64,000 nucleotides of DNA from Flavobacteriales bacterium (GTDB lineage Bacteria > Bacteroidota > Bacteroidia > Flavobacteriales_F > PHOS-HE28), in contig JACJZJ010000004.1 of assembly GCA_020635675.1 (NCBI GenBank), forward strand, positions 271,044-335,043, read 5' to 3'. A program made the position numbers and the translations under genes. Each line of letters starts with the position of its first letter. Position 1 is the stretch's first letter. A model generated the notes under the pieces. It made no database searches. It was given only the letters and a program-made list of their open reading frames with translations, and was not told where the DNA came from. Shown here one piece after another: positions 62,357 to 64,000 of the stretch.

Positions 62357-63454
62357 CTAGACGTTGAAAAGGAAGTGCATCACATCCCCGTCCTGCACCA
62401 CGTACTCCTTGCCCTCCGTCCTCAATTTGCCCGCCTCCTTCACCCTGGACTCCGACCCGTATTTGATGTAATCATCATAGCCGATCACCTCGGCGCGGAT
62501 GTATCCCTTCTCGAAATCGGAGTGGATGACCCCGGCGGCTTGCGGGCCGGTATCACCCTGATGGATGGTCCAGGCCCGCACCTCCTTCTCACCGGCGGTG
62601 AAATAGGTCTGCAGCTTCAACAACTTGTAGGCCGCGCGGATCAGCTTGTTGACCCCCGGTTCGTCCAGGCCCATGTCGGCAAGGAACATCGCCCGTTCCT
62701 CCGGGGTATCCAATGCGGCGATCTCCGCTTCGATGGCGGCCGTGACCATGATCACCTCCGCATTCTCGTGCTTCACCGCGTCCTTCACGCGTTCCACGTG
62801 GGCGTTGCCGGCCTTCGCGCTCCGTTCATCCACATTGCAGACGTACAGTACGGGTTTGGTCGTCAGAAGCTGGAACTCCGACACGAGCGCCATGTCATCG
62901 TTCACCGTGAGCGCTGCGCGGGCGCTCTCGCCCTTGAGCAGGTGTTCTCTGATCCTGGTCAGAAGGTCGAAACGCTTCTTCGCATCCTTGTCACCGGTGG
63001 TGGCCTGCTTCTGCACCTTGGCGATCCGCGCCTCCACGGTCTCCAGGTCCTTCAATTGCAGTTCGATGTCGATCACTTCCTTGTCACGCACCGGATCCAC
63101 GCTGCCGTCCACATGCACCACATTGGGATCATCGAAGCAGCGCAGGACGTGCAGTATGGCGTCGCACTCGCGGATGTTGCCGAGGAACTGGTTGCCGAGC
63201 CCCTCCCCCTTGCTCGCGCCCTTCACCAGACCGGCGATGTCCACGATCTCCACCGTCGTGGGCACCACGCGTTGCGGCTTCACCAGATCGGCCAGCCTGT
63301 TCAGCCGCTCGTCAGGCACGGTGATGGTGCCCATGTTCGGCTCGATGGTACAGAACGGGAAGTTCGCCGCCTGCGCCTTGGCGTTGCTCAAACAATTGAA
63401 CAGGGTGCTCTTGCCCACGTTCGGCAGGCCCACGATGCCACACTTCAGCCCCAT
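62357..63454 (-). CDS. ychF: redox-regulated ribosome-binding ATPase YchF
   Basis: GIVGLPNVGKSTLFN, NFPFCTIEPN and the TGS C-terminus. The track ORF has a 178-aa spurious N-terminal extension. Confidence 0.93.
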   Translation of the reverse strand: MGLKCGIVGLPNVGKSTLFNCLSNAKAQAANFPFCTIEPNMGTITVPDERLNRLADLVKPQRVVPTTVEIVDIAGLVKGASKGEGLGNQFLGNIRECDAILHVLRCFDDPNVVHVDGSVDPVRDKEVIDIELQLKDLETVEARIAKVQKQATTGDKDAKKRFDLLTRIREHLLKGESARAALTVNDDMALVSEFQLLTTKPVLYVCNVDERSAKAGNAHVERVKDAVKHENAEVIMVTAAIEAEIAALDTPEERAMFLADMGLDEPGVNKLIRAAYKLLKLQTYFTAGEKEVRAWTIHQGDTGPQAAGVIHSDFEKGYIRAEVIGYDDYIKYGSESRVKEAGKLRTEGKEYVVQDGDVMHFLFNV

Positions 63455-63577
63455 GATCGTCGTTTCGGGCCGCGAAGGTAGCGGCACCATGGCGATGTGC
63501 ATCCGTTGGGGACCGATGCCAACGATACGGGCGCGCACCCGGGGAGACCGCCATACCTTCCGCCACGTCACCGGACC

Positions 63578-64000
63578 ATGCGGACCACACCGATCCTGAT
63601 CCTCCTCACGGCGATCGCCACCACCTCCTGCCAGGACCGCACGGAAGAGGCGGATGCCCGGACGCGGACCGGCAAGGCCGAGGACACGGTGGCGCTCTCT
63701 TCCGGATCGAGCACGCGAAAGATGGCGGCGTTGCTGGCCGAGGTGGCCCGCAAGGAGCGGATGAGCGGCGACCCGTACTTCAACAATGCCCGCGCCGACG
63801 ACCTTGCACGCAAGGTGCAAACCGCTTCGAACCCACAGGAATATGCCTTGAACACCATCTACCGGATCTTCGAACTGGTGAACGCCGGTAGGACGGTCGA
63901 GGCCATTTCCCTGCTCGAACCGCTCATGGCCCGCGTCGAGGAAGGGAAGATCCGGATGCCACCACAGAACACGCTCGGGCTCTATCATGAACTGGCCATC
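63578..64000 (+). CDS. hypothetical lipoprotein, 3' partial (runs off window end)
   Basis: ATG followed by a lipobox signal (LILLTAIATTSC). The frame stays open for 141 codons with high GC3. Confidence 0.5.
   Translation, partial: MRTTPILILLTAIATTSCQDRTEEADARTRTGKAEDTVALSSGSSTRKMAALLAEVARKERMSGDPYFNNARADDLARKVQTASNPQEYALNTIYRIFELVNAGRTVEAISLLEPLMARVEEGKIRMPPQNTLGLYHELAI

Noticed and set aside
60262-63481. 323/342/389-aa plus-strand ORFs
   Set aside because: Antisense to the M3 peptidase gene and ychF.
1-64000. Search for mobile elements, CRISPR arrays and rRNA
   Set aside because: I saw no transposase, integrase or recombinase signatures such as DDE or tyrosine-recombinase R..H..R..Y. I found no repeat-spacer arrays and no rRNA-like conserved stretches. 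The only mobility-like signal is the clpB duplication scar.

Overview
This is a 64 kb chromosomal window from a high-GC (about 65%) member of the Bacteroidota (FCB group). The phylum call rests on four T9SS substrates, a Fib_succ_major (FISUMP) lipoprotein, an ECF sigma/FecR pair next to TonB-dependent machinery, and TAnnTTTG promoter motifs. The window is densely coding: about 48 CDS and one tRNA-Met. I found no transposase, integrase, CRISPR array or rRNA.

Core genes present are clpB, ilvE, recQ, mpg, fmt, hup, a trmH-like methyltransferase, pdxH, ribBA, tamB, tsaD, parE, parC, ychF, an M3 peptidase and an lptF/G-family permease with two GT4 glycosyltransferases.

Accessory features worth a second look:
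- An unusual cell-surface-signalling module. An ECF sigma and a FecR anti-sigma are followed by a protein that carries the STN signalling domain fused to a 16-residue-period repeat array instead of a TonB plug and barrel. A TonB-dependent receptor without an STN domain sits 600 bp further on.
- Two tandem giant paralogous adhesins (4.4 and 5.0 kb genes) with SBBP beta-propeller, Ig-like repeats and a T9SS type-B C-terminal domain.
- A duplicated 3' fragment of clpB as an approximately 150 bp direct repeat. The two copies bracket a lower-GC (about 52%) FISUMP lipoprotein gene, which looks like an insertion or recombination scar.
- Two histone-H1-like Lys/Ala-rich proteins, one fused to a START-like domain next to tRNA-Met.
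- A topo IV operon in which parE and parC are separated by two unknown envelope genes.
- A cluster of three T9SS-CTD proteins with a universal stress protein and an outer-membrane beta-barrel.

Gene starts were chosen by homology. The ORF track translates GTG starts as M, so several track ORFs carry spurious N-terminal extensions. Hand-derived coordinates for the tRNA, promoter motifs, terminators and small repeats may be off by 1-2 nt.
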